A stretch of 64,000 bases of DNA from Deltaproteobacteria bacterium (GTDB taxonomy: Bacteria > Desulfobacterota > GWC2-55-46 > JADFVP01): assembly GCA_029262515.1 (NCBI GenBank), contig JAJCZH010000029.1, positions 1,434 through 65,433 on the forward strand, in the 5' to 3' direction. Position 1 is the stretch's first letter. Each line of letters starts with the position of its first letter. This document shows positions 23,579 through 34,886 of this stretch, piece by piece. A program made the position numbers and the translations under genes. Under the pieces are notes generated by a model. It did not search any database, was not told where the DNA came from, and was given only the letters and a program-made list of their open reading frames with translations.

Positions 23579-24913
23579 TTACTTAGTCTTTGCGGCGCCG
23601 GAACTCTTCTTCTTGCTGCTCTTTTTGAAGACACGCCTGAAAATATAATCGATCCTCTTCAGGTACGGCTTAAGGTCGAAACAGGCATCGATCTCTTTTG
23701 ACGTTAGCAGGCGCACTATGTTCTCGTCATCGTTAATGAAACCCCTGAAGTCGGAGTCCCACTCCCATACCTTCATGGCATTTCTCTGCACCAGCTCATA
23801 CGACTCTTCGCGCGAAAGCCCCTTGTCCACCAACGCCAGCATAACCTTCTGAGAGAAGACGAGCCCACGAAGACGCTCCATGTTCTTCTTCATATTGTCA
23901 GGGTAGACCACAAGATCGCGTACAAGGTTAGTTACGCGAACCAGCATATAGTCCACCAGGATATTGGCATCCGGCGCTATTACGCGCTCTACCGAAGAGT
24001 GGCTGATGTCGCGCTCGTGCCAGAGAGCAACATTCTCCATTGCGCTGGTCGCATAACCACGCACGAGGCGCGCGCAGCCGGTAAGATTCTCCGAGGCCAC
24101 GGGGTTACGCTTGTGCGGCATAGCTGAAGAGCCTTTCTGCCCACGCGTAAACGGCTCCTCGGCCTCAAGCACCTCGGTACGCTGCAAATGGCGTATCTCA
24201 ACGGCAAACTTCTCAATAGAGCTTGCGACTATCGCAAGCGTGGAGAAGTACTCGGCATGACGGTCGCGCTGAACCACCTGAGTGGCAACCGGCTCTACGC
24301 TCAGCCCAAGCTTCTTTAGTACGTACTTCTCTATAAATGGATCGGTCTGGGAGAAGGTGCCTACCGCGCCAGAGAGTTTGCCGCATGCTATGTTCTTCTT
24401 CGCCTGCTTCATGCGCTCAAGGTTGCGCCCCATCTCTGCATACCATAGGGCCATCTTGAGGCCGAAGGTCATGGGCTCGGCATGTATGCCGTGCGAACGG
24501 CCCATCATAACCGTCTTTTTATGCTCCAGTGCGCGAACCTCGATAACATCCATCAAGGTCTCTATGTCGGAAATAATAAGCTCTGCGGACTCTTTTAACA
24601 GAAGCCCGAGAGCGGTATCGAGTATATCGGAAGAGGTGAGGCCCATATGGATATAGCGCGACTCAGGTCCTACGTGCTCGGCGACTGAGGTCAAAAAGGC
24701 GATTACGTCGTGCTTGACCTCTTTTTCTATCTCGTCAATGCGATTTATATCAAAAGCCGCCTTCTTCTTGATCTTCTTCAGGGCAGTTTTCGGTATCTTA
24801 CCCAACTCGCACCACGCCTCGCATGCGGCGATTTCAACATCCAGCCAGCTCTGAAACCTGTTGGCCGGTTCCCAAATAGAGCCCATCTCAGGCCTTGTGT
24901 AACGCTTAATCAC
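23579..24913 (-). CDS. purB: Adenylosuccinate lyase
   Basis: 'YTRPEMGSIWE', 'GSSAMPHKRNP' signature. Confidence 0.85.
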   Translation of the reverse strand: MIKRYTRPEMGSIWEPANRFQSWLDVEIAACEAWCELGKIPKTALKKIKKKAAFDINRIDEIEKEVKHDVIAFLTSVAEHVGPESRYIHMGLTSSDILDTALGLLLKESAELIISDIETLMDVIEVRALEHKKTVMMGRSHGIHAEPMTFGLKMALWYAEMGRNLERMKQAKKNIACGKLSGAVGTFSQTDPFIEKYVLKKLGLSVEPVATQVVQRDRHAEYFSTLAIVASSIEKFAVEIRHLQRTEVLEAEEPFTRGQKGSSAMPHKRNPVASENLTGCARLVRGYATSAMENVALWHERDISHSSVERVIAPDANILVDYMLVRVTNLVRDLVVYPDNMKKNMERLRGLVFSQKVMLALVDKGLSREESYELVQRNAMKVWEWDSDFRGFINDDENIVRLLTSKEIDACFDLKPYLKRIDYIFRRVFKKSSKKKSSGAAKTK

Positions 24914-25097
24914 TTATACTGCTCCTTCAAAAGTTTCATATTTCAGGCACTTAAGGTGCCAAAGCAGGTATGCGGAACTTCGCTAAAATTTTAAAGACCT
25001 ATACTTATACCAAATAGAGCATGGCCAATACAAGAGCCAATTGAAGCAGCAGGGCCGAGTCGGGCGCAAGTCTGTTTGGAAGAGTCACGCAAACACA

Positions 25098-25535
25098 CTA
25101 CTCTTCTGCTCCTGACCCATTCGGGGTTACCGTTACCAACGAGCGGACCGTCTCCAGCTTCACCCTTCCGATCCACTTAACCTCAAGCAGGTCGTCTACG
25201 GAGTTAAAACCTCCGACCTCTCCCCTCTGTGCAACGATACGGCGCGCGATTGCGGGCCCGATTCCAGGCAAGACGGTAAGCTCTTCGGCAGTAGCGGCAT
25301 TGAGGTCCAGTGGGAAACCCGGAAAACTCTCGGCACGCTCCAAGGTATCAGGACTCCTGACGCTCACGCTCTCAGGCAAAGAACCGGACGACGAAGCAAC
25401 CGGGGCCAATAGAAACGACCTGCCGTCAAAGAGAAAGAAGTAAAGGATAAATAGCGCAACTGATAAGAGAATATAGGCTCCGTACCTCTTATCTTTCATT
25501 ACGTTGCTCCCGCTGTCTTTACCTCCGGGCCGCAC
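25098..25535 (-). CDS. ComEA-like helix-hairpin-helix DNA-binding protein (probable start 'MKDKRY' at 25499)
   Basis: 'LDLNAATAEELTVLPGIGPAIARRIV' is the HhH motif. N-terminal TM. Confidence 0.6.
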   Translation of the reverse strand: MRPGGKDSGSNVMKDKRYGAYILLSVALFILYFFLFDGRSFLLAPVASSSGSLPESVSVRSPDTLERAESFPGFPLDLNAATAEELTVLPGIGPAIARRIVAQRGEVGGFNSVDDLLEVKWIGRVKLETVRSLVTVTPNGSGAEE

Positions 25536-25588
25536 TAACCGCCTCGTTCACCTGTTTCGTCTCAAAGTGCTGCCCGAAAGAATAGCGC

Positions 25589-27187
25589 TCAACCCTTCTT
25601 GCGCCTCTTGGCTGCTCTCTCGTCTTTATAGAGCTTGTACTCAAGACTATCCACAAGCGCCTGCCAGCTCGCCTCTATAACGTTCTCGGAGACCCCTACG
25701 GTGCCCCACTTTGTTTCGGCGTCTCCGGACTCCACCAAAACCCTTACCTTGGCGGCAGTTCCCTGCATACCCGCAAGCACACGCACCTTGAAGTCGACCA
25801 GGTTAACCTCTTTAAGGCTCGGATAAAAACGCTCAAGCGCCTTTCTGAGCGCAGCGTCGAGCGCATTTACCGGCCCCGTGCCCTCGGCGGCCGTATGTTC
25901 GACAAGCCCGTCAACCTCAAGTTTTATAGTAGCCTCTGCATGCGGACTCCCGTCCTCAATCTTCTCATCCGTCACGCGAAAACCGTGGAGCTTGAAGTAC
26001 TGCTTCTTCTTCTTCAACGCCTTCTGCATAAGCAGTTCAAAAGAAGCCTCCGCCGCTTCATACTGGTAACCGTAGTGTTCCAGGTCTTTAAGTTCACTCA
26101 GAACTTCGCGTACCACACCCGACTCACTATCGAGGTCTACGCCGTACTCCAGCGCCTTGCTCTCTATATTAGACCGGCCCGCAAGGTCGGAGACCAGCAC
26201 CCTCCGGCGGTTTCCGACTTTATCGGGCGAGATATGCTCATACGTCTTCGAACACTTCAAGACCGCATTTACGTGTATTCCGCCCTTGTGAGCGAATGCC
26301 GAGTCCCCGACGTAAGGCTGATGCGTGGAATGCGGCAGGTTCGTAAGCTCGGCTACGAAACGCGACGTATCACGCAGACGCGTAAGCTCTTTATCCGTAA
26401 CCGTACCGAGCCCCATCTTGAGCTTGAGGTTCGGGATCACGGAGCAGAGGTTGGCATTTCCGCACCTCTCGCCGTAACCGTTTATCGTGCCCTGCACCAT
26501 CGACGCTCCCTCTTTGACCGCAACCAAAGAGTTTGCAACCGCGCTCCCGGAATCGTTATGCGTATGGATACCGAGCGGGGTTTTAACCACTGGCAGTACC
26601 TCACGCATGATTTCTACTATATCGAACGGAAGCATGCCTCCGTTGGTATCGCACAAGACCAGAAAATCGGCTCCGGCCTCTTCTGCAGCCACAAGCGTCT
26701 TCAAGGCATACTCCGGGTCTTGCCTGTAGCCGTCAAAGAAGTGCTCGGCATCGTAAAAGACCTTATCAACTCGCGCCTTCAGGTACTGAACAGAGTCGTG
26801 GATCATTGCAAGGTTCTCGGCAAGCGGAACACGCAGCGCCTTCTGCACATGCAACTTGCTCGTCTTGCCAAAGAGCGTCACCACAGGCGTGGATGAGTTG
26901 AGGAGAAACTTCAAATTGTCATCCGCCGAAGCCTTGATACGCGCCCTTCGGGTAGAACCGAAGCTTACCAGCCTGGCGCGCGTGAGTTTCTCTTTTCCCA
27001 TCATCTTAAAGAACTCAATGTCTCTCGGGTTGCTTCCGGGCCACCCGCCCTCGATATAACCGATACCGAGTTCGTCGAGACGGTGCGCTATGCGCACCTT
27101 GTCCTCAACCGAGAATGAAACGTCCTCGGCCTGGGTACCGTCCCTGAGCGTTGTATCGTACAGCTCTATCTTTCTCTTTCTGCTCAT
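25589..27187 (-). CDS. (R)-citramalate synthase / 2-isopropylmalate synthase family enzyme
   Basis: '[12 protein letters not shown]', '[14 protein letters not shown]'. 532 aa with a C-terminal LeuA-dimerization region. Confidence 0.8.
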   Translation of the reverse strand: MSRKRKIELYDTTLRDGTQAEDVSFSVEDKVRIAHRLDELGIGYIEGGWPGSNPRDIEFFKMMGKEKLTRARLVSFGSTRRARIKASADDNLKFLLNSSTPVVTLFGKTSKLHVQKALRVPLAENLAMIHDSVQYLKARVDKVFYDAEHFFDGYRQDPEYALKTLVAAEEAGADFLVLCDTNGGMLPFDIVEIMREVLPVVKTPLGIHTHNDSGSAVANSLVAVKEGASMVQGTINGYGERCGNANLCSVIPNLKLKMGLGTVTDKELTRLRDTSRFVAELTNLPHSTHQPYVGDSAFAHKGGIHVNAVLKCSKTYEHISPDKVGNRRRVLVSDLAGRSNIESKALEYGVDLDSESGVVREVLSELKDLEHYGYQYEAAEASFELLMQKALKKKKQYFKLHGFRVTDEKIEDGSPHAEATIKLEVDGLVEHTAAEGTGPVNALDAALRKALERFYPSLKEVNLVDFKVRVLAGMQGTAAKVRVLVESGDAETKWGTVGVSENVIEASWQALVDSLEYKLYKDERAAKRRKKG

Positions 27188-27261
27188 ATCATCTACCGTC
27201 TACTCTATTACCGTTTATCTCTATTTCACCACCGGACATGGCAGCGTAACCGGCTTAAAGA

Positions 27262-28491
27262 CTACTCTTCTACGACCTCATCAGAGCCAAGCTCAAAGGC
27301 GTCATGCAGAACGCGCACGGCAAGCTCCGTATACTTCTCATCGACCACACACGATATCTTTATCTCCGAAGTCGAGATCATCTGTATGTTTATACCCTCT
27401 TCGGCCAAAACCTCGAAGGTCTTTGAAGCGATACCCGCATGACTCTTCATGCCTGCGCCGACTATCGAGACCTTTGCTATACCGGTATCCCCTTCGACCC
27501 CTTTGGCCCCAAGGTCGTCCTTCATCTCTTCTATCAACTTAAACGCCTTTGAGTAGTCGGGCCGGTTTACGGTAAAGGTCATGTCCGTAGTGCCATCGTG
27601 CCCTATATTCTGCACTATCATATCTACATTTATACCGGCCTCTGTAAGGGGCTTGAAGAGCCGCGCCGCAATGCCCGGACTGTCCTGCACCTGCAGCACC
27701 GATATCTTCGCCTCACCCTTATTATAAGTAATGCCGGAAACTACGACCTTCTCCATTTCGCTATCCTCCTTGCAAACGAGTGTGCCGACGGTATCGGTAA
27801 AGGATGACCGCACCATAACCGGAATATCGTACTTCTTGCTGAACTCTACAGAGCGGGTCTGGAGTACTTTGGCTCCGAGACTCGCCATCTCTAACATCTC
27901 GTCGTATGAAACCCTCTCCAATTTACGGGCATTCGAGCATATATTCGGGTCGGTGGTGTAGACCCCTTCAACATCGGTATATATCTCGCACAGATCCGCA
28001 TTAAGGGCCGCAGCAAGTGCAACGGCAGTAGTATCCGAACCGCCTCGGCCTAACGTAGTGATATTGCCGAGGGTATCGACACCCTGAAATCCAGCCACGA
28101 CAACCACTGTTCCGTCATCGAGTTCGCGGGTAATCTTGCCGGTATCGATAAACTCTATACGCGCGGAACTGTAACTCGTGTCGGTCAGGATCGGAACCTG
28201 ATGACCGAGGAAACTCATCGCTTCGCACCCGCGTTCCCTGAGGGCGAGTGAGAGCAGCCCAATCGATATCTGTTCACCGGAACTGACGATTACGTCGTAC
28301 TCCCTGCCTTCGGGATTTTCACTCAACTCTGCGGCAAGCCCGGCCAACCTGTTGGTCTCCCCAGACATAGCCGACAGAACTACCACAACGGAGTTACCCT
28401 CATCCCTGGTTCGGTGAATGCGCTCGGCCACGACCTTGATACGCTCTATACTGCCTACGGACGTGCCGCCGTACTTCTGTACTATGAGTGC
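27262..28491 (-). CDS. lysC: Aspartate kinase (TTG start '[13 protein letters not shown]'; the ORF-track frame extends to 28530)
   Basis: 'KYGGTSVGS' kinase motif and C-terminal ACT domains. Confidence 0.85.
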   Translation of the reverse strand, partial: ALIVQKYGGTSVGSIERIKVVAERIHRTRDEGNSVVVVLSAMSGETNRLAGLAAELSENPEGREYDVIVSSGEQISIGLLSLALRERGCEAMSFLGHQVPILTDTSYSSARIEFIDTGKITRELDDGTVVVVAGFQGVDTLGNITTLGRGGSDTTAVALAAALNADLCEIYTDVEGVYTTDPNICSNARKLERVSYDEMLEMASLGAKVLQTRSVEFSKKYDIPVMVRSSFTDTVGTLVCKEDSEMEKVVVSGITYNKGEAKISVLQVQDSPGIAARLFKPLTEAGINVDMIVQNIGHDGTTDMTFTVNRPDYSKAFKLIEEMKDDLGAKGVEGDTGIAKVSIVGAGMKSHAGIASKTFEVLAEEGINIQMISTSEIKISCVVDEKYTELAVRVLHDAFELGSDEVVEE

Positions 28492-28710
28492 CAATTCAAA
28501 ATCCCCTACTGAAAAAAAATCTAAAAACACAAACTGCCAATACTGGTAGCACCCAGCAAAGAGGGTGGAGAAAAGAGCTGTCTACTACTGGTAAAACCGA
28601 TTATTTTCTCAAAGTCGAGACGGGGTGAATGTAATAAGCGGAGCATCATTGTAAATATGTGAGCATTATTACGTTTGCACCCAACAAAGAGATTGGGAAA
28701 AAGAGCCCGT

Positions 28711-30105
28711 TCATCTTCTCTTGCGCCCCATCTTATGCACCGCCATACCGTGCGCATCTTCCGCCGCCTCTAGAATAATCTCTGGCAGGGTCGGGTGCGC
28801 GTGAATAGTCTCTATAATATCCTTTACCTTCATCTTTGCCTTTACGGCCAGAGTAACTTCGCCGAGCAGATCGGTCGCGTGGGCGCCGACTATGGTACAG
28901 CCGAGAATCGTATCACTTCCCTTCTCTGCGACCAGTTGACAGAAACCGTCCGTCTCGCCCATGCCGAGCGCCTTGCCGCTCGCAACGTACGGAAAGCGGC
29001 CTATCTCAATATCGAGTTCCTGCTCCTTTGCCTCTCTCTCTCTCAAACCGACGCTAGCGATCTCGGGATCTGTAAAGATGCCGGCCGGAACCGCCGAATA
29101 ATCCATCACCTCACTACCGCCGAGCGCATTCGCTGCGGCTATAGTGCCGTGTACCGAGGCTATGTGCGCCAAGAGCATACGCCCTGTTACGTCACCGATC
29201 GCATAGAGTCCCTTGACATTCGTCTCCAGCGAGTCATTTACGACTATGCGCCCCTTGTCGGTCTCAACGCCTAAAGCTTCGAGCCCGAAGCCCGTGGAGT
29301 TGAAGCTGCGGCCGATAGACACAAGAACCTTCTCGGTCGTGAACTCGCGCCCGTCCTTAAGTATCGTCTTTACGTTTCCGTCCCCTACCTCAACGCCGTC
29401 TACCATTACGTCGGTAAGCACCTCCACGCCCGAGGCTTTGAAACCTTTGGCTATTACGCGAACAACGGCCTTGTCTTCCGTAGAAAGTATGGTAGGCAGA
29501 AGCTCTACTATGGTTACCTTGCAACCGAATGCCGCATAGATAGTAGCGAACTCGCAACCCATCACACCGCCGCCGATTATCAACATCGACTCCGGTATCT
29601 CTTTTAAGTTGAGCGCCTCGGTCGAGGTAAGTACGTTTTTACCATCTATATTGAAAGCCGGAATAAGCGCCGGCTCAGACCCGGTTGCTATGATGGTCGC
29701 TTTCGCGCCGAGTTCCTCTGCGCCTTCGGCGGTCTTTACTATCACTCTACCGCCCGCCTCTACTGCGGCGCCTCCCCTTATAAGCTCTACGCCGTTGCCT
29801 TTAAGAAGCTGCCCAACCCCGCCGACGAGTTTCTCAACAACACCGTCTTTGCGCTCAACAGCTTTAGAGAGATCGAAGCTTACCTCACCGGTGCTTACCC
29901 CGAACTCTTCCGCGTGGCGCGTCGCCTTCAGGGCTTTGGCCGAGTAGTAGAGGGCCTTGGTCGGTATGCAGCCCCTGTTGAGGCACGTTCCGCCTACCCT
30001 GTCGCGCTCGACCACGGCGACATTAGCGCCGAGTTGCGCTGCTCTGATGGCGGCAACGTAACCACCGGGCCCGCCGCCTATGACAACAAGATCAAGCTCT
30101 TTCAT
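28711..30105 (-). CDS. lpdA: Dihydrolipoyl dehydrogenase
   Basis: 'VVIGGGPGGYVAA', 'GGTCLNRGCIPTK' redox-active disulfide, C-terminal 'HAHPTLPE'. Confidence 0.85.
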   Translation of the reverse strand: MKELDLVVIGGGPGGYVAAIRAAQLGANVAVVERDRVGGTCLNRGCIPTKALYYSAKALKATRHAEEFGVSTGEVSFDLSKAVERKDGVVEKLVGGVGQLLKGNGVELIRGGAAVEAGGRVIVKTAEGAEELGAKATIIATGSEPALIPAFNIDGKNVLTSTEALNLKEIPESMLIIGGGVMGCEFATIYAAFGCKVTIVELLPTILSTEDKAVVRVIAKGFKASGVEVLTDVMVDGVEVGDGNVKTILKDGREFTTEKVLVSIGRSFNSTGFGLEALGVETDKGRIVVNDSLETNVKGLYAIGDVTGRMLLAHIASVHGTIAAANALGGSEVMDYSAVPAGIFTDPEIASVGLREREAKEQELDIEIGRFPYVASGKALGMGETDGFCQLVAEKGSDTILGCTIVGAHATDLLGEVTLAVKAKMKVKDIIETIHAHPTLPEIILEAAEDAHGMAVHKMGRKRR

Positions 30106-30209
30106 CTCGATAACTCCATTTCAAAAATTTTATTCTCCATAATTCCATTCTAACGGTAACAGTCGATATAAATAAAGAAGGCATAACAACAGGGTTCATG
30201 CCAGCGCTG

Positions 30210-30677
30210 CTATTTGCCCTCTCTTCTCACTATCTCGATCTCTCTCGCCCCGTCGGCCTCTGAGTACTTCAGGGTAACCAGAATAGTGCACTCATCAGCG
30301 AGGCCGGCTACGTTATCGACCCATTCTATAACAGAAAGACCGCCCGAGTAAATATACTCTTCGAGTCCGATAGAGTCGTACTCCTCAGGGCTCGACACTC
30401 TGTAAAGGTCCATGTGATAGAGCGGTAACCGTCCGCCCTCGTAAATGTTTATAATCGTATAAGACGGGCTCTTGATATAACCGACTGAACCTAGCCCGGA
30501 AGCAACGCCCTTTACAAAGCAGGTCTTGCCTGCTCCGAGTTCACCAACAAGGCCGACCACATCGCCCTCTTTAAGCTCTTCGGATAACTTCCGCCCGAGC
30601 GCTTCAGTCTCTTGCGTACTCTCTGTTATACACAACTCTTTCATAAAAGACTTTTTGGAACCGCGGCACTCATCCAT
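30210..30677 (-). CDS. tsaE: tRNA t6A biosynthesis ATPase TsaE (probable start 'MKELCI' at 30644)
   Basis: 'GELGAGKTCFVKG' P-loop and a conserved C-terminal region. Confidence 0.7.
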   Translation of the reverse strand: MDECRGSKKSFMKELCITESTQETEALGRKLSEELKEGDVVGLVGELGAGKTCFVKGVASGLGSVGYIKSPSYTIINIYEGGRLPLYHMDLYRVSSPEEYDSIGLEEYIYSGGLSVIEWVDNVAGLADECTILVTLKYSEADGAREIEIVRREGK

Positions 30678-32265
30678 CTAAGGCTGAGAGAAAAGTGTTC
30701 AAGACCGAGGATAGTTCCGCAACAAGATCCATGGCCATCATCCCGCCAATACCTATCCTCTCTTTTATTCTATCGGCAGCTAGTCCGTGCAGGTAGACGG
30801 CACAGATCGCAGAGTCGAGCGGGCTCTGCCCCCCGGCCAGAAACGCTCCGATCATGCCCGCCAGCACGTCACCGGTCCCGGCGCTTGCAAGTCCGGCGTT
30901 ACCTGTAGTATTGAAGTAGACCTCGGCTTCAGGCGTTGCGATAATAGTGCCTGCGCCCTTTAAAACGACCACGGCGCCGGTCAAGGCCGCCAGCCTTTCG
31001 GCTGAGCCTATACGATCTGCCTGTATCTCTTCCGTACGTACTCCGAGCAACCTTGCGGCTTCGCCGGGATGGGGCGTGATCACAAGATCGGCCTCTGCCT
31101 CTTTAAAGGCCCCGCACTCTCCGCCGAGCGCATTAAGACCGTCGGCATCCACCACCACCGGCACCTCTGAGGTCTTTACCAGCAGTTCTACCAGCGCCCT
31201 TACGCCTGAAGTGGTACCGATACCAGGACCTACAAGAAGGGCGCTCTTCAAATTCAACTGCGCGTCAACCGCGCCGTAAGAATCGAGCGAGAGACAACCG
31301 TTTTCAGACTCCGGCAGCGGACACGTCATAACCTCGGTGCTCTTCACCTCCATTGCCTGATTCAATCCTTCAGGAAGCGCGAGCGTAGCGAGCCCGACAC
31401 CGGTTCTCATTGCGGCTATAGCCGCCAGATATGCAGCACCGGTCTTTCCCGGAGAACCGGCAACGAGCAGCAGGTGTCCGAAACTGCCTTTGTGCGAGTC
31501 AGCGCATCTCGGAACTACTATCCGCCTTATGTCTGCCGGTTCCGTAACGTTCCAGCGTATTTCTAAATCCTCTACAAGTTTATGCGGCAGACCTATATCG
31601 ACGACCTCAACCCTTCCCGCAAGCTCACGCGCCGGGTAATTGTAAAGACCGGTTTTGGCTATCGCCATCGTCGCGGTAATATCAGCCCTTACAGCGCTAC
31701 CAAGTTTCACACCGGTCGAGGCGTCGATACCAGAAGGAAGGTCAATTGCAACAACTCTCTTGCCGGCTTTCCCTGAACCAATCGAGTTGACAAGCTCTAT
31801 AACCTCTGCATATAGACCGCTTACAGGCTCGGAGATTCCCGTACCCAGCATAGCGTCTACTATAACTGCCGAGTGTCTAAGGATTGACTCATGCTTTTTA
31901 GATTCGTTCTTTTCCGTAATAGCCTGTACGGATCCGCCCATGCGAGTCCAGACCTCGGCATTGGTAAGCGTATCACCCTTTAGTGCATCCGGCTCTGCCA
32001 ACAGAAAGAGACTGACATCCAGCCCGGCATTCCTTAAGTGGCGCGCCGCGACAAAGCCGTCGCCACCGTTATTACCCTTGCCTGCAAGAATAGAGACACG
32101 CGGTACGCGGCTGCCGCCGACCTCATTTAAAGCGGCAAGCTCGGCCTTCACAATGTCGGCAACGCCTCTTCCGGCGTTCTCCATAAGTTGTATAGAGAGC
32201 ATGCCGAACTCTTTTACCGCACGCTCGTCTATGGCCCTCATCGTTGCCGCATCAACCGCCTTCAT
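30670..32265 (-). CDS. nnr: Bifunctional NAD(P)H-hydrate epimerase/dehydratase (YjeF N- and C-terminal domains)
   Basis: N-terminal YjeF-N ('GKGNNGGDG') and a C-terminal carbohydrate-kinase-like domain ('GPGIG...'). Confidence 0.8.
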   Translation of the reverse strand: MKAVDAATMRAIDERAVKEFGMLSIQLMENAGRGVADIVKAELAALNEVGGSRVPRVSILAGKGNNGGDGFVAARHLRNAGLDVSLFLLAEPDALKGDTLTNAEVWTRMGGSVQAITEKNESKKHESILRHSAVIVDAMLGTGISEPVSGLYAEVIELVNSIGSGKAGKRVVAIDLPSGIDASTGVKLGSAVRADITATMAIAKTGLYNYPARELAGRVEVVDIGLPHKLVEDLEIRWNVTEPADIRRIVVPRCADSHKGSFGHLLLVAGSPGKTGAAYLAAIAAMRTGVGLATLALPEGLNQAMEVKSTEVMTCPLPESENGCLSLDSYGAVDAQLNLKSALLVGPGIGTTSGVRALVELLVKTSEVPVVVDADGLNALGGECGAFKEAEADLVITPHPGEAARLLGVRTEEIQADRIGSAERLAALTGAVVVLKGAGTIIATPEAEVYFNTTGNAGLASAGTGDVLAGMIGAFLAGGQSPLDSAICAVYLHGLAADRIKERIGIGGMMAMDLVAELSSVLNTFLSALDG

Positions 32266-32615
32266 TCTAATACCTCTACAATCGTCTCGGCCATAGAGTA
32301 CTCTTTTGAATGCGCCATAGAGAGATTACATCTCAGACCGTCGGTACTATTGCCAGCAATTCTCAGTGCCGGGGCACCACTGATGGCGCGCTTAACCTCG
32401 ACGCTGGAGTATCCGAGCGTTCGCCCCAAGGCCTTAAAGAGACTGTTCTTGGCTGCAAAGCGGGCAGAGAGATGGATTTCGGGATACCTGCGAGTCAAAC
32501 AATACTCCAGCTCTTCAGCAGTAAAGAGCCTGCTGAGAAACTTAGAGCCTCTTCTATCCATCACTGCCTTAAACTTATCTACCGATACTATATCTATGCC
32601 TACTCCGTGTACCAT
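32262..32615 (-). CDS. acpS: Holo-[acyl-carrier-protein] synthase
   Basis: 'GIDIVSV...RFAAKNSLFKALG'. Confidence 0.75.
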   Translation of the reverse strand: MVHGVGIDIVSVDKFKAVMDRRGSKFLSRLFTAEELEYCLTRRYPEIHLSARFAAKNSLFKALGRTLGYSSVEVKRAISGAPALRIAGNSTDGLRCNLSMAHSKEYSMAETIVEVLE

Positions 32616-32669
32616 CCACGTAAACCTCTATAACTAAAAAAACAGGCCGCAGCAACCGGGGCCCAAGAG

Positions 32670-33392
32670 CTAGCCTATCAGCCTCTTCATCTCGGCAACC
32701 GCCGCCTCGATGCCGACATAAATCGCGCGCGATACTATGGAGTATCCTATTGCAAACTCGTCTATTTCGGCGATAGCCGCAACGGCCTTTATATTGATAT
32801 AATTGAGGCCATGTCCCGCATGAACCTTCATAGAGAGTCTATCTGCAAGAAGCACTGCGTCATGCACCCTCTTTAACTCCATGTCCCTGCGCCCATCCGT
32901 GCCGGCATCGGCATATGTACCGGTATGAATCTCCACACCATCCGCACCGATCCTGTGCGATGCCTTTACGGCGTCGAGTGACGGATCTATAAAAAGATTG
33001 ACCGGAATGCCGCCCTCTTTCAGGCTCCTTACAAAATCCTTTAACTTCTCTCCATCACCCCTGCCATCCACGTTGAGTCCGCCCTCGGTGGTAAGCTCGG
33101 CCCGCTTCTCCGGAACCAGCGTCACCATATCGGGTTTTACCTCAAGGGCTATGCCGAGCATCTCAGAGGTAGCGGCCATCTCAAGATTGAGCCGCGTCTT
33201 GGCGGTTCTGCGTATCAGATGGAGGTCGCGGTCCTGAATATGGCGCCTGTCTTCACGCAGATGAACGGTTATTCCGTCGGCCCCGGCAAGCTCGGCCTTG
33301 AGCGCAGCAGTTACCGGGTCGGGTTCCTTAGCAAGCCGTGCCTGCCTTACGGTTGCGACATGATCTACGTTTACCGATAAAGTCGCCATCAA
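32670..33392 (-). CDS. pdxJ: Pyridoxine 5'-phosphate synthase
   Basis: '[15 protein letters not shown]', '[12 protein letters not shown]'. Confidence 0.85.
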   Translation of the reverse strand: MMATLSVNVDHVATVRQARLAKEPDPVTAALKAELAGADGITVHLREDRRHIQDRDLHLIRRTAKTRLNLEMAATSEMLGIALEVKPDMVTLVPEKRAELTTEGGLNVDGRGDGEKLKDFVRSLKEGGIPVNLFIDPSLDAVKASHRIGADGVEIHTGTYADAGTDGRRDMELKRVHDAVLLADRLSMKVHAGHGLNYINIKAVAAIAEIDEFAIGYSIVSRAIYVGIEAAVAEMKRLIG

Positions 33393-34747
33393 CCTATCTC
33401 TTTCTTCAAAAGCTCTTCAAGCTCACTTGCCATCATCTCTATCTCACCCTTATCCTTACCTTCAATCGTTATACGAGCCAGAGATTCTGTGCCTGAGTAA
33501 CGGATAAAAGCCCTGCCCTGACGGCCAAGTTTTTCCGTAACCCTCTTTAACGCCGCAGAAAGATCCGCCATCTCTTCTATCGGCCTCTTCTCTTTTACCG
33601 CTACGTTTACAAGCACCTGCGGATACGGGGTCAGCACTCTGGCAAGTTCCGAGACCGGTTTACCTGCCTCAACAATCATCTTCAACGCCTGAAGGGCGGT
33701 TATTATACCGTCGCCTGTTGTAGTATGGTCGAAAGAGATTATATGTCCCGACTGCTCGCCGCCGAGGTTGTAGCCGTTTTTTAACATTTCTTCCACAACG
33801 TACCTGTCTCCGACACCGGTTCTTACGACCGTGCCTCCATGGGCCTCTATAGTCTCTTCAAGGGCTGAGTTGCTCATAATAGTAGCAACGAGCGTCTTCT
33901 TCTTAAGCGTCCCCTCTTTGAGCATAGCGATGGCGATCATGGCCATTATGTGATCGCCGTCTACCTCCTCGCCCTTTTCGTCTATCATTATGCACCGGTC
34001 TCCATCGCCGTCTATCGCAAATCCGACGTTGGCCTCCGAGTCGAGTACCGCCTTCCTGAGCCCTTCCGTATGGAGCGGGCCACAGTTAAGGTTTATATTT
34101 TCACCGCTCGGTTTTACGCCTATAGATACTACCTTTGCCCCTAGTTCCTCAAACACTGCCGGGGCGACCTTATAAGCTGCACCGTTGGCGCAATCGACCG
34201 CAATAGTCAGACCTTCTAGGGTAAGCTCATACGGAAAAGAGTGCTTGGCAAAGACAATATACCGGCCTATGGCGTCATCAACCCTGTACGCCTTACCGAC
34301 CTCTTTTGCGGTCGGTCGGTGGGTCGGGTCTTCGTTATCAAAGATAAAACTCTCTATCTCGAGTTCCATCTCGTCCGGCAGCTTAAAGCCCTCTCTTGAG
34401 AAGAACTTTATGCCGTTGTCCTGGTACGGGTTATGAGAGGCGCTTATTACCACACCGGCGTCCGCTCTCATGCTCGAAGTTATAAAAGCTATGCCAGGAG
34501 TCGGCAACGGCCCTACCATTAACGCGTCGACCCCCATTGAGCAGATTCCGGCCATCATTGCGCTCTCCAGCATATAACCTGACAGGCGGGTATCCTTGCC
34601 TATAACGATCCTGTGCCTGTGCTCCTGCTTCTTAAAGACATAAGCTATGGCGCGACCGAGCTGGAGCGCCATTTCTGCCGTCATAGGCTCCTTGTTGGCA
34701 ACCCCTCTTACTCCGTCCGTCCCAAAAATTCTCTTCTTCAAAGCCAT
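33389..34747 (-). CDS. glmM: Phosphoglucosamine mutase
   Basis: 'FGTDGVRG', '[19 protein letters not shown]' with the active-site Ser. Confidence 0.85.
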   Translation of the reverse strand: MALKKRIFGTDGVRGVANKEPMTAEMALQLGRAIAYVFKKQEHRHRIVIGKDTRLSGYMLESAMMAGICSMGVDALMVGPLPTPGIAFITSSMRADAGVVISASHNPYQDNGIKFFSREGFKLPDEMELEIESFIFDNEDPTHRPTAKEVGKAYRVDDAIGRYIVFAKHSFPYELTLEGLTIAVDCANGAAYKVAPAVFEELGAKVVSIGVKPSGENINLNCGPLHTEGLRKAVLDSEANVGFAIDGDGDRCIMIDEKGEEVDGDHIMAMIAIAMLKEGTLKKKTLVATIMSNSALEETIEAHGGTVVRTGVGDRYVVEEMLKNGYNLGGEQSGHIISFDHTTTGDGIITALQALKMIVEAGKPVSELARVLTPYPQVLVNVAVKEKRPIEEMADLSAALKRVTEKLGRQGRAFIRYSGTESLARITIEGKDKGEIEMMASELEELLKKEIG

Positions 34748-34886
34748 AGCTACCTCTTTATTTAATACTATATATCTATCCCTATAGATTCGGCCTCAGT
34801 ACAGGCTCAGAACCGGACTGTCAATAATTGATGCCGTATCGTCAAATAATATGAAGCTGCTGCTCTTTAAGAGTGCGGAGCCTCTC

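Noticed and set aside
25895-26896. 333-aa ORF on the plus strand, plus several other long ORFs (1045..1608, 31655..32296, 37071..37958, 39601..40455, 59658..60170, 60261..60719)
   Set aside because: All lie antisense inside strongly supported genes (cimA/leuA-like, primase, nnr, ftsH, der, the AsmA-like gene). They have low-complexity Ser/Pro/Arg-rich translations typical of GC-rich shadow frames and are not genes.
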